Made by a program: the position numbers and the translations under genes. A stretch of 64,000 nucleotides of DNA from Porphyridium purpureum. Lineage: Eukaryota. Below, piece after piece: positions 19,921 to 30,054 of this stretch. The notes under the pieces were generated by a model. It searched no databases, was not told where the DNA came from, and saw nothing but the letters and a program-made list of their open reading frames with translations. The stretch lies in assembly GCA_008690995.1 (NCBI GenBank), contig VRMN01000002.1:620001-684000 (forward strand). The letters run 5' to 3'. Within the stretch, counting starts at the first letter, position 1, and every line of letters starts with the position of its first letter.

Positions 19921-21546
19921 ATGGCGGAAATGAACGGCGGCGCGGCCATGGATAAGGAAGCGCTGCTGAAGCGCGTGGGCTCGGAGAAGAAGCTGCACCG
20001 CGTGGACAGCTGCCCCTTCCTGAAGGATCACCTCACGGTCGTTGTCATCGGAGCATCGGGTGACCTGGCAAAGAAGAAGACCTACCCTTCTCTGTTCGCC
20101 CTGTGGAAGTCGCACTTTTTGCCTGAAAAAATCAAAATCGTCGGGTACGCGCGCTCCAAGATGTCTGACGCCGACCTGAGGGACAGGCTGCGGCCATTCC
20201 TCGTAGGTGCAAAGAGCGTCCACGGAAGGACCGATTCGCAGGTCGAGGACTTCTTGGAACACTGCGTCTACCGAAGTGGGGGATATGAGGAGGCCGAAGC
20301 GTGGAAAGGCGTGAATGAGGACTTGAATGAGATTGAGGCCAACAGCGGCATGTTAGAGTGCAACCGGCTGTTTTATTTTGCAGTTCCTCCGAATGTCTTT
20401 GCCCCCGCCGCGTCGGCAATCAAAGACAATTGCTGGAATCTGGAAGGAGGAAGGGAGGGTTGGAAACGCGTGATCATGGAAAAGCCGTTCGGGACGGATC
20501 TGAGCTCCTTCGAGTCCTTGTCGCAGCATTTGAGCTCTGTTTTTCAGGAGGAGGAAATGTACCGTATTGATCATTACCTCGGTAAGGAGATGGTTGCAAA
20601 CTTGCTGTACGTCCGATTTGCGAACATTATGTTTGAGCCGCTTTGGAACCGTCACTACATTAAGAGCGTAACGATTACCTTCAAGGAGGACATTGGAACG
20701 TACGGTCGCGGGGGCTACTTTGACAAAGTCGGAATCGTGCGCGACGTGATGCAGAACCACTTGCTTCAGGTGATGTCTATTGTTGCGATGGAGGCCCCGG
20801 TGCGGCTGGCTGGCGAACGATTCGATGAGTTCATTCGAGATGAAAAGGTGAAGGTCTTAGAATGCGTGGATGCGATTCGGCCTGAAGAAGTAGTGCTTGG
20901 ACAGTATACAGCTTCGCGTGATGGAAGTGAACCAGGTTATTTGGAGGACGAAGGAGTTCCGAAGGACAGCAACTGTCCGACCTTTGCCACCCTGGTCATG
21001 TGGATTCGAAACCAGCGCTGGGAGGGCGTTCCTTTTATCCTCAAGGCAGGAAAGGCTTTGAACGAACGAAAAGCGGAAGTGCGAATCCAATTTCACGCTG
21101 CAGCGGCGGGCGAATTTCTTTTCCCGAGCGCTGGGGAGCTTGTTCGGAACGAGCTTGTGTTCCGAATGCAGCCGAATGAAGCCATTTACATGAAAGCGAA
21201 CATGAAGCAACCTGGTCTTGGAGACAAAATAACAGTTTCAGAGCTTGATATGACGTACCGTAATGCATTCCCGGATGACTTCGACAAGCTACCAGACGCC
21301 TACACGCGGCTCATCCTGGAAGTTCTTCGAGGCAAGCATGCTGCGTTCGTTCGGGAGGACGAGCTTCGAGTTTCTTGGAAGATCTTCACGCCTCTTCTCG
21401 AGAAACTGGAAAGTCAAAAGCCGACCTCATATGTTTTCGGGACGCGTGGCCCGAAAGAGTCGGATGAGTTGATTTCCAAGCTTGGCTTCCGTTACCACGG
21501 TGGATTTTACAAGTACTTGAAGAGCATTCCAGGCAAAGTGGGTTAG
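19921..21546 (+). CDS. G6PD: Glucose-6-phosphate 1-dehydrogenase (cytosolic type)
   Basis: GASGDLAKKK, RLFYFAVPP, MEKPFG, YRIDHYLGKEMV, GYFD..GIVRDVMQNHL, RWEGVPFILKAGK, DAYTRL. Confidence 0.98.
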   Translation: MAEMNGGAAMDKEALLKRVGSEKKLHRVDSCPFLKDHLTVVVIGASGDLAKKKTYPSLFALWKSHFLPEKIKIVGYARSKMSDADLRDRLRPFLVGAKSVHGRTDSQVEDFLEHCVYRSGGYEEAEAWKGVNEDLNEIEANSGMLECNRLFYFAVPPNVFAPAASAIKDNCWNLEGGREGWKRVIMEKPFGTDLSSFESLSQHLSSVFQEEEMYRIDHYLGKEMVANLLYVRFANIMFEPLWNRHYIKSVTITFKEDIGTYGRGGYFDKVGIVRDVMQNHLLQVMSIVAMEAPVRLAGERFDEFIRDEKVKVLECVDAIRPEEVVLGQYTASRDGSEPGYLEDEGVPKDSNCPTFATLVMWIRNQRWEGVPFILKAGKALNERKAEVRIQFHAAAAGEFLFPSAGELVRNELVFRMQPNEAIYMKANMKQPGLGDKITVSELDMTYRNAFPDDFDKLPDAYTRLILEVLRGKHAAFVREDELRVSWKIFTPLLEKLESQKPTSYVFGTRGPKESDELISKLGFRYHGGFYKYLKSIPGKVG

Positions 21547-21961
21547 TAGAGTTCAGGGACATTTATTCCGCATCTGTTTTGTTTGTGAAGTCGTGAGAGG
21601 GAGTACAGACGCGCCCCAGACCCTGGTAAACCGGGGATTAGAAATTCTTCTTGATTCCGCTCTGCTTCGTATGCTCTGTCGAACGAGTGCGAGCACCGAT
21701 CGCTTGTTGCGCGGTCACGGGTGAAATATTCGTGGACTGAGAGAAACCCAATCGGAGGAGAACATGCCGTTCACAGTAAACATGATTGATCAATACATTT
21801 TCGCTGTTACATAAAGTCTTTTTCGAAGCCGCGGCGACAGCTTTTTGCGAAGGACGCGCGGCAGATGGTTAACGTTCGGAAGCGACAAACGTGAGTCATT
21901 TCACCGAGGAATTTGGAGCGCGGCACATTTTGAACGCAGAAGAATACTTTTTTCGAGGGTT

Positions 21962-22618
21962 TTACACAGTCGCGTACTGTTGCTTGTCTTTCTTTCCGTG
22001 TGCTTGCGCCATGGATTCCTTGTTCAGCTCGAAGTCAATAAAGAAGCTCAGATTCAGGTGAGCTTTCCATTCACGCCCGATGCGCTTGACCAAATCCACA
22101 TCACTCGACGTTTGTGTCCACAAAGCCAGAAAATTGTCTTTGCGGCCATGGCGCACTTTCAGCACCAAGCCACTGAGGTCGTCCGAGCAGTCCGGAGAAA
22201 AGTTGTCGCCTACTATAAATAGAACAGAGCGGATGTAGTAGTCGTCCAACTTCTTATGCTCTGACTTTGTTAAATTGAGGATCCACCTCCCTCCGTCGGC
22301 GTTCTTGGGATCCTCCCACTCCGGCTTTATGCCTTCCTTGAAAAGCAGAAAGGAGCTGTTCGGTTCGAGCTGCGACGGCATGATGACGTTGTTCACCACG
22401 CACCACATCTTCTCGAGTGTGTCAAAGGTGGTGACCACGCGCACATTCTGGCCCCATGTCTGCGTATTCTTGACCTTTGCTGGTCCGTCGTACCAGAATG
22501 TCCACTTGAACTGCAAGGGTGACTGCGACGCCAGGCTGGTCAGGCCGGACTCCGGCAGGTTTGGCGCGGGGGCCTCACCGTTCGCGTCCACGCCATCCTT
22601 TCCGTTACCCTCCATCAT
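21962..22618 (-). CDS. EIF4E: Translation initiation factor eIF4E
   Basis: PLQFKWTFWYD, FDTLEKMW, PSQL, FKEGIKPEWEDPKNADGGRW, ALWT. Confidence 0.95.
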   Translation of the reverse strand: MMEGNGKDGVDANGEAPAPNLPESGLTSLASQSPLQFKWTFWYDGPAKVKNTQTWGQNVRVVTTFDTLEKMWCVVNNVIMPSQLEPNSSFLLFKEGIKPEWEDPKNADGGRWILNLTKSEHKKLDDYYIRSVLFIVGDNFSPDCSDDLSGLVLKVRHGRKDNFLALWTQTSSDVDLVKRIGREWKAHLNLSFFIDFELNKESMAQAHGKKDKQQYATV

Positions 22619-23237
22619 GCCGCTCGCCGCGCCTGCCCCTCGAAATACCTCCGCTGTGCTGGCTCACCGATCGCTCTCACGCCGCTGTTTCGCTCTGCCT
22701 GCCCGCACCAACCTTCGACCCCGCCCACGCACGCCTGCGTCTTCCCCTGCGCGACGTGCGCACGCAAGCCGTCCACCCCGAGCGCGGCCACTACTGAAAC
22801 AGCGCGGATTTGGCAGCAGCCGGCTCCCCACCGCCGTGAGGAGGTACAGTTCAAACGGTGTGAGAGTTCAGCGCGAGGCGCGCAGCAAAGAAGTACACCG
22901 CGGTTCAGCTTGCGCGAGCCTGCCGCTCTGCTCGGCTGCGCATGAGCGGGCAGCGGCGGCTCGTCGCGCTCCCGGCTTGCGAGCAGCGCCGCGGCACGTC
23001 CTAGCGCAGAAAGGCAGCGCCGCCGCTCCCTTCGCCTGAATTTGCGCTAAGCAGACTGGATCACCCGCTGCCGTCGCATTCTGCAGCACCGACGAACACA
23101 CCGGTTCCGATCCGGTTCGGTCTGCATGTGCTGAGCTGTTCTCCACGTGATTGTCTACCCCTTCTGACCAGATTTGGTCGTCTGCGCTACACACAAAATC
23201 ACTTTACACACACAAACTACCTGGGAACAATACTGCA

Positions 23238-23615
23238 TCAGCCAGTACATAGACGCATCCGCTGAGCACAAACTGGACAATATGAACTGCGCTCAAGCCA
23301 TTCGTAAATACAGGCCAGATGGAAAGTATGATTGCACTCACTTGTGATTTGCGGATTCTCTGTTGTGTATTCTTCCAAGCATGTGGGACACACATCCTCA
23401 TCCGCTTCCACAAGGTTATATATAGTATTGGGGTCCGCAACCAAAGGAGGAGGGACCGGAGGCGCTCGCGACCCATCTTCAAACCCAATATTCTTTTCAG
23501 GCATCTTTTTCGGCTGACTTGGGTACGTTTCGGAAGTGGTTCCCCTTGTAGACGTGGACGAAGCAGTCCAATCTACTGAAGCCGGCTCTTCCGGCCTCGC
23601 GCAACACTGGCCCAT
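23238..23615 (-). CDS. Small RING-H2 E3 ubiquitin ligase, likely N-myristoylated/palmitoylated
   Basis: N-terminus MGQCC; EDVCPTCLEEYTTENPQITSECNHTFHLACIYEWLERSSYCPVC. Confidence 0.9.
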   Translation of the reverse strand: MGQCCARPEEPASVDWTASSTSTRGTTSETYPSQPKKMPEKNIGFEDGSRAPPVPPPLVADPNTIYNLVEADEDVCPTCLEEYTTENPQITSECNHTFHLACIYEWLERSSYCPVCAQRMRLCTG

Positions 23616-24339
23616 CACACGGCCGCGCGCTCCGCATACCTCGCGAACTCGTTGGCTCGCTAGCACCTAGCCGATGGAAACACTAAGCGCGTCTCGCCTC
23701 CTGAAAGGGTTCTGATCCCTGCGAACCTGGTCCAAGCGGGTGCAAGACTTGTGGTAATTCGGCTTGCAGTCAGACGCTTCAACCTAGGTCTCCGCGAAAC
23801 CTGCTTTTCTCAGACGCTTCCTTTTTTTCCCCCCGCGCAAAACTAGCGACAGCGCGCACTTTCCTCGAAGACAGCGTACAGCCCTGACAACGTTTCTTTC
23901 CCCCGCGCGCACGCGGTTGTGTTCGCATGCGTCAGCGCGCGCTCACGCGCTCTAACCCCTGTCCTGCCCCACCTCTCACTTGCCACGGCGCGCTCACTCA
24001 CGCAGAGTGCATGACGCCGCAGCCGCGTGCGTGTGCCCTGGCTCTGTCACCCGTCTCGCGCACGCCAGCCGCTCACACCCACCACCACTGGCGCAACACC
24101 CAAACCACCACCCAGCCCGCCCGTCCACTCCAACGCAGAGCTCGTGTAAGCCTCTGTATGAGTAAGCGGGAAATCCTGTTATCTAAATTTTGCAAGCAAA
24201 ATGATCCATTTTGCAAGAGAACGGGCAGCGCCAGGCAACAAAGGGACATCAGGGGAGGCCGGAAGGAAAAGGGAAACGGGACATGTCTGGCGATTGCAGC
24301 GCGTTAGTGGCGGACGAGCTCAACATTGGCCACAGGCAC

Positions 24340-24670
24340 GCGACACAATGATTATCTTCCAGGTAATCGCCAAACTTTTGACTGTTTTTGCTCCACAAAT
24401 ATGCACGGTAGCCTGGAGTTGACGGTTCGTCTGCATTGTCAATTCCTCAATACAATGCGAATCTTCGCTTCTGTCGCCGCCGTGACATTCAAGGTATTCG
24501 AATTGCCGTTTTTCTCTTTCTGTGTTTCCAAAGCGGACAAGTGAAGCGAAATGACGTGCTTTGAGCACCCAATTGAAGTTGTGGTAGCTGCCGCGCTTTT
24601 GTTTGAATCCACAAGGCCCTGAATGCGTCCACTCTTCTCATCTGAAAGGTCCAGTTTGTGTCCTACGGTG
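24340..24670 (-). pseudogene. Second, highly decayed Tc3-like transposase N-terminal fragment
   Basis: GHKLDLSDEKSGRIQGLVDSNKSAAATTTSIGCSKHVISLHL resembles the Tc3A HTH (LSDTE...ISRSRHCIRVYL). After a frameshift, TNRQLQATVHICGAKTVKSL resembles the second HTH. No TIRs recognised. Confidence 0.5.
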
Positions 24671-25761
24671 TCCAAATGAAGCTCTTCACAAGTTGCGACG
24701 AATGTGCATGTACTGGCTTCTGCTGAATCGCGGGTGTCCGAGATGTCACGCTTCTCGCACTGCCATCATCCGCCTCGACCCATAAATATATTGCGCAAGG
24801 TGTCTGACGAACCCCGTCGTAATGCTTTTGGAGTACGAGGTTAAAACTTTTGAATCGGTGCACGGGTCTTCCGGAGAATCTGCACCTCGTCAGAGTGTTG
24901 ACTGTCAGACTTTGGGTGATTAATTCGCTCCTTTCTCGCTATTTTCCCACTAACCTTGGTCTAGGCTAGAGCTCAAGATACGAATTCTGGCGACGCAACG
25001 TACTTCACGGCGTTCTTTAAGACGCATGGCGGGCTGATTCAAGCCAATTAAACTCCCGGATGAGAACCAGACAATTACAACTCTGGGCATTTTCAGGCTA
25101 CAGGATTTCGGCTCTACGCACTACAATTGTGCCCACAAAATGCACAAGTAATTGTCGCTCCTGATTTATAATTCACATCATGCCTCTCCACAGAAAGCTC
25201 GCAGCGCGATGCAAAGCAGCCGCATGTGAGCGGATACTGCCCAAAGCAGGTCCGCGCCCTTCGCGGGCCGCGCGCTGCCGAGGAACGTCTGCCATGCTGT
25301 TGCACGCGTCCCGATTCCTCACGCGCGACTTTGAAGCACAAATGGTTTGGTGCCAGAATGGTTTGGGGTGTAACCGATAGACCGATCAGCGAGGTCAAAC
25401 TCGACCACAAGGTATCATGAGCAATCACAATCGCGAAACGGCAATATTCTACCAGAAAATTTTCATCCTTTAGCACCTGCTGTTTTGGGGAAGTTGGAAA
25501 GCTCCGCACCGGGGTTTGAGAGAATTATTTCCAAATTGGACTCGCGCAAACCGGAGCAACTTGGAGAGGCAGCGTGACGCGGAGCAATGCAGGTGTGACA
25601 TGCTGTTATGCATTGCTCACGGACCGTAATGAATATGGACGCCATATTTCCATATTCTCCAGGGGCAGAGTCTGTCACTATAATCTGGGCCAGAGTAGTG
25701 GCGAGCAATGTTACCTTTTTAGTCACATTGGCGGTCTCCTCCCACCTTGACGCTTATTTCG

Positions 25762-27234
25762 TCATTCGTCAAAGATATTCCCTGCATACGTGGGAAAGTA
25801 CCTGATAGCGTTCGGGTCCGGCTCATTCCGGCGCACCTTCTGCAGTTTCAGATACTCAAGGAGCAAGATTCGGACGTACATGGTGATCGCATCAACCCGC
25901 AGATAGTCTCGCGCAAAGACTTGACTTTCGCGCATGACGTCGTAAGTCTCTCTCTTTTGGCGCCACTCGCGAACCGTTCGCGTCAAGTTGGCCATGCTCA
26001 TGTCGACCGGAATGTAGTGTACAAACGCTTTGAGTAGCGGTTCAAACCACTGACCACAAGGAAGCACGCTGATCAGCGGACAGCTCGAGCTGAACAAAAT
26101 CCAAGGCAACCGATTTGACCACAGCCGCTCCTCCTCGGTGTGAATGTTGAACAAGTACTGCTGCTGCAATGCCGGGGTCACAAAGGCCTCGCCATCTCCT
26201 GAATCGCAGCACTCAAGACCACACCTGCCACGCACGCGCGCCTCCACTAGGTCTCTTTCTTTCCTCGATAAGCGGTCGATTGCCGAAGCTCCAATCTGAC
26301 CACATGCGTCTTCTGCCCGACTTTCATCTGCAAACATGCTTGAAGGTGCGACTTTCCCTGAAAATACAGCCTTAGGCTTCTTCTTTTCCATTGCCAAAGA
26401 GTCCTCGAGTCCTAGATCTACCATCCGTTCGTCCCACTCTTGTGGTTGTATGCCTTTGCGGTACATGAAACCATCTGGATGGGCGTCACGCAATGATTCA
26501 CCCAGACTCATGGGGAAGGGGATGTTTGACGACACGTCGCACCGAGCGACCGAAAACACGGGCCGCGCAACGCCATCGCTCTCTGGCAGATTGTACGTGT
26601 GTGTCGTGTCTGTGCTTTGGATTGGATCTGCCACTGACACGACAAATTCAATGCCGTCTACAAACTCGCCTCGGCCAGTGATATCTTTGAGAGCAAGTTT
26701 GACCCACTCGAGAGCTTCCCTCATACGCATCTGATGCTCCACACCGCCGCGCCGGTGAATGCGCCGCGGGTCAACAAGCCATATGGTACCGTCCACGATC
26801 TGAATCATGAAGCACTCGGTGCAGGACTCTCGCGCATAGATGCCCATGTATGAGGCTGGATAAATACCCGAGCTGCGAGCAAAAGGCCCAAGATACAACT
26901 TCACAAGCTCTTCATAGCGAGCGCTGATAAATTGTTCATCGTGTTCCGCAAGCAACTGAGTCTTGCGAAAGTGACTGAACTGGAGCTTCCTACCCTCAAC
27001 GAGCTTTGAGAACACGCTCCGGTACGCCAGAACAAATGTACTCTCACCGAAAAGTGCCCCAAACACGTACGCAGCAACGACCACGAGCGCCACGGTGAGC
27101 AAGCTCCGGTGGGCGACCGCAAGTTCACGCGCCTTCTGCGCGTACGGCTGAGCCTCGGCACGCGCGTGCGAAAAGTAACCTTGCGCGGTCGCAATGAGCT
27201 TGCGCACAGCGGAGGATTTCTTTACGATGGCCAT
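25762..27234 (-). CDS. Type II membrane glycosyltransferase, family GT90 (CAP10/POGLUT-like)
   Basis: N-terminal TM segment; KAVFSG; QYLFNIH...WSNRLPWILFSSS...QWFEPLLKAFVHYIPV; YVRILLLEYLKL. Confidence 0.82.
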   Translation of the reverse strand: MAIVKKSSAVRKLIATAQGYFSHARAEAQPYAQKARELAVAHRSLLTVALVVVAAYVFGALFGESTFVLAYRSVFSKLVEGRKLQFSHFRKTQLLAEHDEQFISARYEELVKLYLGPFARSSGIYPASYMGIYARESCTECFMIQIVDGTIWLVDPRRIHRRGGVEHQMRMREALEWVKLALKDITGRGEFVDGIEFVVSVADPIQSTDTTHTYNLPESDGVARPVFSVARCDVSSNIPFPMSLGESLRDAHPDGFMYRKGIQPQEWDERMVDLGLEDSLAMEKKKPKAVFSGKVAPSSMFADESRAEDACGQIGASAIDRLSRKERDLVEARVRGRCGLECCDSGDGEAFVTPALQQQYLFNIHTEEERLWSNRLPWILFSSSCPLISVLPCGQWFEPLLKAFVHYIPVDMSMANLTRTVREWRQKRETYDVMRESQVFARDYLRVDAITMYVRILLLEYLKLQKVRRNEPDPNAIRYFPTYAGNIFDE

Positions 27235-27423
27235 GATGATGGCCACTCGCCATCCACCGCGTGTTGACCAATTGTACAAAGCGGATAACGTTTACGTGTC
27301 CCTCGGGGTAAGGCAGGCTTCAAATTATTCTTTCTTGTGGTGCGGTTTCCACGGGATGCTACGGATGCGTTTTGTTGGTTAGTCTGTTGCTCTGGATCGG
27401 TGGGTTTGGCATCGAATGCTCGC

Positions 27424-28701
27424 ATGATGCGGTCGTATATGCTGCGAAAAGCCGCGCCGGATCAGCTGCTCTGCGGTCCTTTCGGGAGATTCCAACGTGA
27501 TCACGCCGTGGGGATTAGTCTCGGCATCACGGGGCGTTTGCGACGGTCTAGCTCGGAAGCCCATGCTCCCAAGCTCAGTGGGCCTCGCGAATCGTCGGCG
27601 CTGGTCACAGGACAGGTTCCTGCTTTTGCGTTTGACATTGATGGGGTGCTGCAGCGCGGAGGCAGCAAGCTGGCTGCTGGTATCGAGGCGATGCGCGCTC
27701 TTCATGATTCGGAGACTGGGCTACCGCGCGTACCTTTGGTCTTTCTAACGAACGGAGGTGGGCATACGGAACATGCACGCGCGCAGAAGCTGTCACGCAT
27801 GTTTGATATTCAAGTCCGCGAAGAGCAAATTATTCTAAGCCACACTCCGATGCGGAATTTGGCTCCAAAGTACAATGCGTTGAAGGACAAGTCGGTGCTC
27901 TGCGTGGGTCGGCGAGAGTGCGCGCGAGTGGCTGCTTACTACGGGTTCGAACGCCCTATTTCATCAGAGGACCTTGGATTCATGTACCAGTCCTCAACTC
28001 CCCTGAGCCAGTACGACGAGCAGAAACGGCGGATAAACTCTGAGCAAGGTATCATCGGCAATGACGATGCCTTCGCCCATGTGTTCGCGCCAGAGTACTT
28101 GCGCGAGACGGCGAATCTCGGCGTTGCCTCCATTTTTGTAATGCATGATTCTGCTGATTGGGGCCGGGATATTCAGCTGATTTCGGACATTGTGCTGACT
28201 GAGGAATCACTGCCTTCACGTCTAGTCGACCCTTCCGTGCCGGTGACGCCACTGCTGGGGGAGCAGCGCGTCGACGTGTACTTTAGCAACCCCGACTTCA
28301 TCTGGCCGAACGAGGTTCAGCATCCCCGGTACGGTCAGGGCGCCTTTCGCATAGCGCTTTGTGCGGTATATCGCGAGTTGACTCGTCGAGAGCTGGTGTA
28401 TGAGCAGTTTGGCAAGCCACAAGCCATTCAATATCGTGAGGTAACCCGCCGCCTCACGCACCAGCTGTGCCGAGGCCAGACGATTTCACACATTTATGCG
28501 ATCGGCGATAATCCGGCGGCCGACGTTCGAGGTGCTAATGGAGCGGGGAAGGAGTTTGTATCGGTACTTGTTCGTACAGGCTGTTTCCAGGGTGACGATG
28601 AGAACGATTCAAACGACCCGGCCCACATTGTCGTGCCTGACGCTCTGCACGCCGTTCGCGAGGCCCTGCGTCGAGAGCTTGGCACCGATTCTTTGTCGTA
28701 G
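27424..28701 (+). CDS. HDHD5: HAD subfamily IIA hydrolase (CECR5/HDHD5-like), probably mitochondrial
   Basis: FAFDIDGVL, FLTNGGG, ILSHTPM, FSNPDFIW, RYGQGAF, FGKP, IGDNPAADVRGAN, VLVRTG. Confidence 0.88.
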   Translation: MMRSYMLRKAAPDQLLCGPFGRFQRDHAVGISLGITGRLRRSSSEAHAPKLSGPRESSALVTGQVPAFAFDIDGVLQRGGSKLAAGIEAMRALHDSETGLPRVPLVFLTNGGGHTEHARAQKLSRMFDIQVREEQIILSHTPMRNLAPKYNALKDKSVLCVGRRECARVAAYYGFERPISSEDLGFMYQSSTPLSQYDEQKRRINSEQGIIGNDDAFAHVFAPEYLRETANLGVASIFVMHDSADWGRDIQLISDIVLTEESLPSRLVDPSVPVTPLLGEQRVDVYFSNPDFIWPNEVQHPRYGQGAFRIALCAVYRELTRRELVYEQFGKPQAIQYREVTRRLTHQLCRGQTISHIYAIGDNPAADVRGANGAGKEFVSVLVRTGCFQGDDENDSNDPAHIVVPDALHAVREALRRELGTDSLS

Positions 28702-28839
28702 CTCGCGCGAAAAGTTCTTAAAGCTGGCAAATGTAATAGATTTCTGTAAACCATCGCTCAGAGACCGTCGCGCTGATTCAAATGTCGGAGCCGTGCCAAA
28801 GAGCGTGGGGGCGAGACAAAAAAGCACGTGGCCAAAGAG

Positions 28840-29715
28840 ATGGAGGTTCAATCCGGCAGTACGATGGGTGGCGGTGCAACCATACCGTCCTCTGCAGGTA
28901 TGGGAAGCGAAGACGCGCAGCGACAGTTGGACGATTTGCGCGCACAGCTTCTGGCCCTTGCGAGTGCGCCAACCGCAGTCACGCGACATCAGGCTGGGAG
29001 GACGCTCAAGCGGACGGTGGAAAAGAAACGGAACAGTGGTACAGAGAAAGAAAGCACACGTTTAGTTTTGCATTCACAAGAAGAAGCTGAGCGAACCGAG
29101 CTCGAAGTTGTTCGGTCCGAGCGCGATGCGATTCAAGCAGAATTCTTCGCACTCAAGCAGCACCTCTTGGAATTAAGTAAACCGCCCGCGGTAGTGGCTG
29201 CGGGACATACTGCTCAGACCAACACTACATCGACTCGAGAAATTGGAATCGACCAGGACTTACTCTTGAACAAAAGTGGCGTTAAAAGCAAGGAGGAGCA
29301 AGGGAATGGAGGGGCAGCGGCTAGGCATCGGCATGGCACTCTGAAGCTGGGTTCAGCGGACTCGGTACTGGCCATCCTTCGTGAATATGAGATCTTGCGT
29401 GAGCAGGGAGCGTTTGAAGGAAACGGCTCATTTGCACCCGGCAACGACCAGCGGCAAAAGCGGTTCCGACGCAAACCATTCTGGGATATTTTTGAAGCAG
29501 CTCCTGAAGGCAAAGATGAGCGTTTGCGCATCGCACGCGGCATAAGCAAGGTTCAGAAGGATAAGAAATTTACGTTGACGGCACTGTCCCGGGTTCTACG
29601 CGAAACCCCGGTGAGTCAGACCCTAGACCTGATTGAACGGGCAGATTTTCGCGAGCATGAGCATCACAATCAATGTGTGAGTCCAACGAACCCACCAAGT
29701 CCTCTGAAGATATAG
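28840..29715 (+). CDS. Hypothetical coiled-coil protein with a possible GCR1_C-like DNA-binding domain
   Basis: 291-aa ORF with coiled-coil segments. C-terminal DSVLAILREY...QRQKRFRRKPFWDIF...FTLTALSRVL is reminiscent of GCR1_C. Confidence 0.6.
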   Translation: MEVQSGSTMGGGATIPSSAGMGSEDAQRQLDDLRAQLLALASAPTAVTRHQAGRTLKRTVEKKRNSGTEKESTRLVLHSQEEAERTELEVVRSERDAIQAEFFALKQHLLELSKPPAVVAAGHTAQTNTTSTREIGIDQDLLLNKSGVKSKEEQGNGGAAARHRHGTLKLGSADSVLAILREYEILREQGAFEGNGSFAPGNDQRQKRFRRKPFWDIFEAAPEGKDERLRIARGISKVQKDKKFTLTALSRVLRETPVSQTLDLIERADFREHEHHNQCVSPTNPPSPLKI

Positions 29716-30054
29716 CGAGACTCGGTTCCGAGCGGCCGTGTACATACACAGTTGGAATTCGGTCTGAGCCCGGAAGGACGGGGAAGAGTCTCTCTGCGTT
29801 GATGCCACAATTTTTTTTTTCTCACAACAGAAGCTCCTGATACGGGTTCTGGACGCCGAGCTTTGAGACCATGGCGACGGAGCAATCGCCACGCGCGCGA
29901 GCGAAAGCCCGCTGCTTGGGCCATGTGCAGGAGCTGCTGTCCTTGCGCAAGATACGAACCAAAAATAATTTTGTTAATAAAGGAATAGATGATCCTGGTG
30001 TGCTGCGGAGCGGAGTGGGTGTGGAGGAAGGGTGGCTGGAGCTATAAGAGCGTG

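Noticed and set aside
19131..19955. 274-aa plus-strand ORF and many similar Arg/Ala-rich or antisense ORFs (e.g. 2516-3412, 22275-23039, 42828-43700, 63118-63795)
   Set aside because: Shadow frames of real genes or GC-rich promoter DNA, with no recognisable domains.
24196..24214. Small hairpin GCAAAATG-ATC-CATTTTGC
   Set aside because: An 8-bp stem is plausible by chance and has no supporting context.
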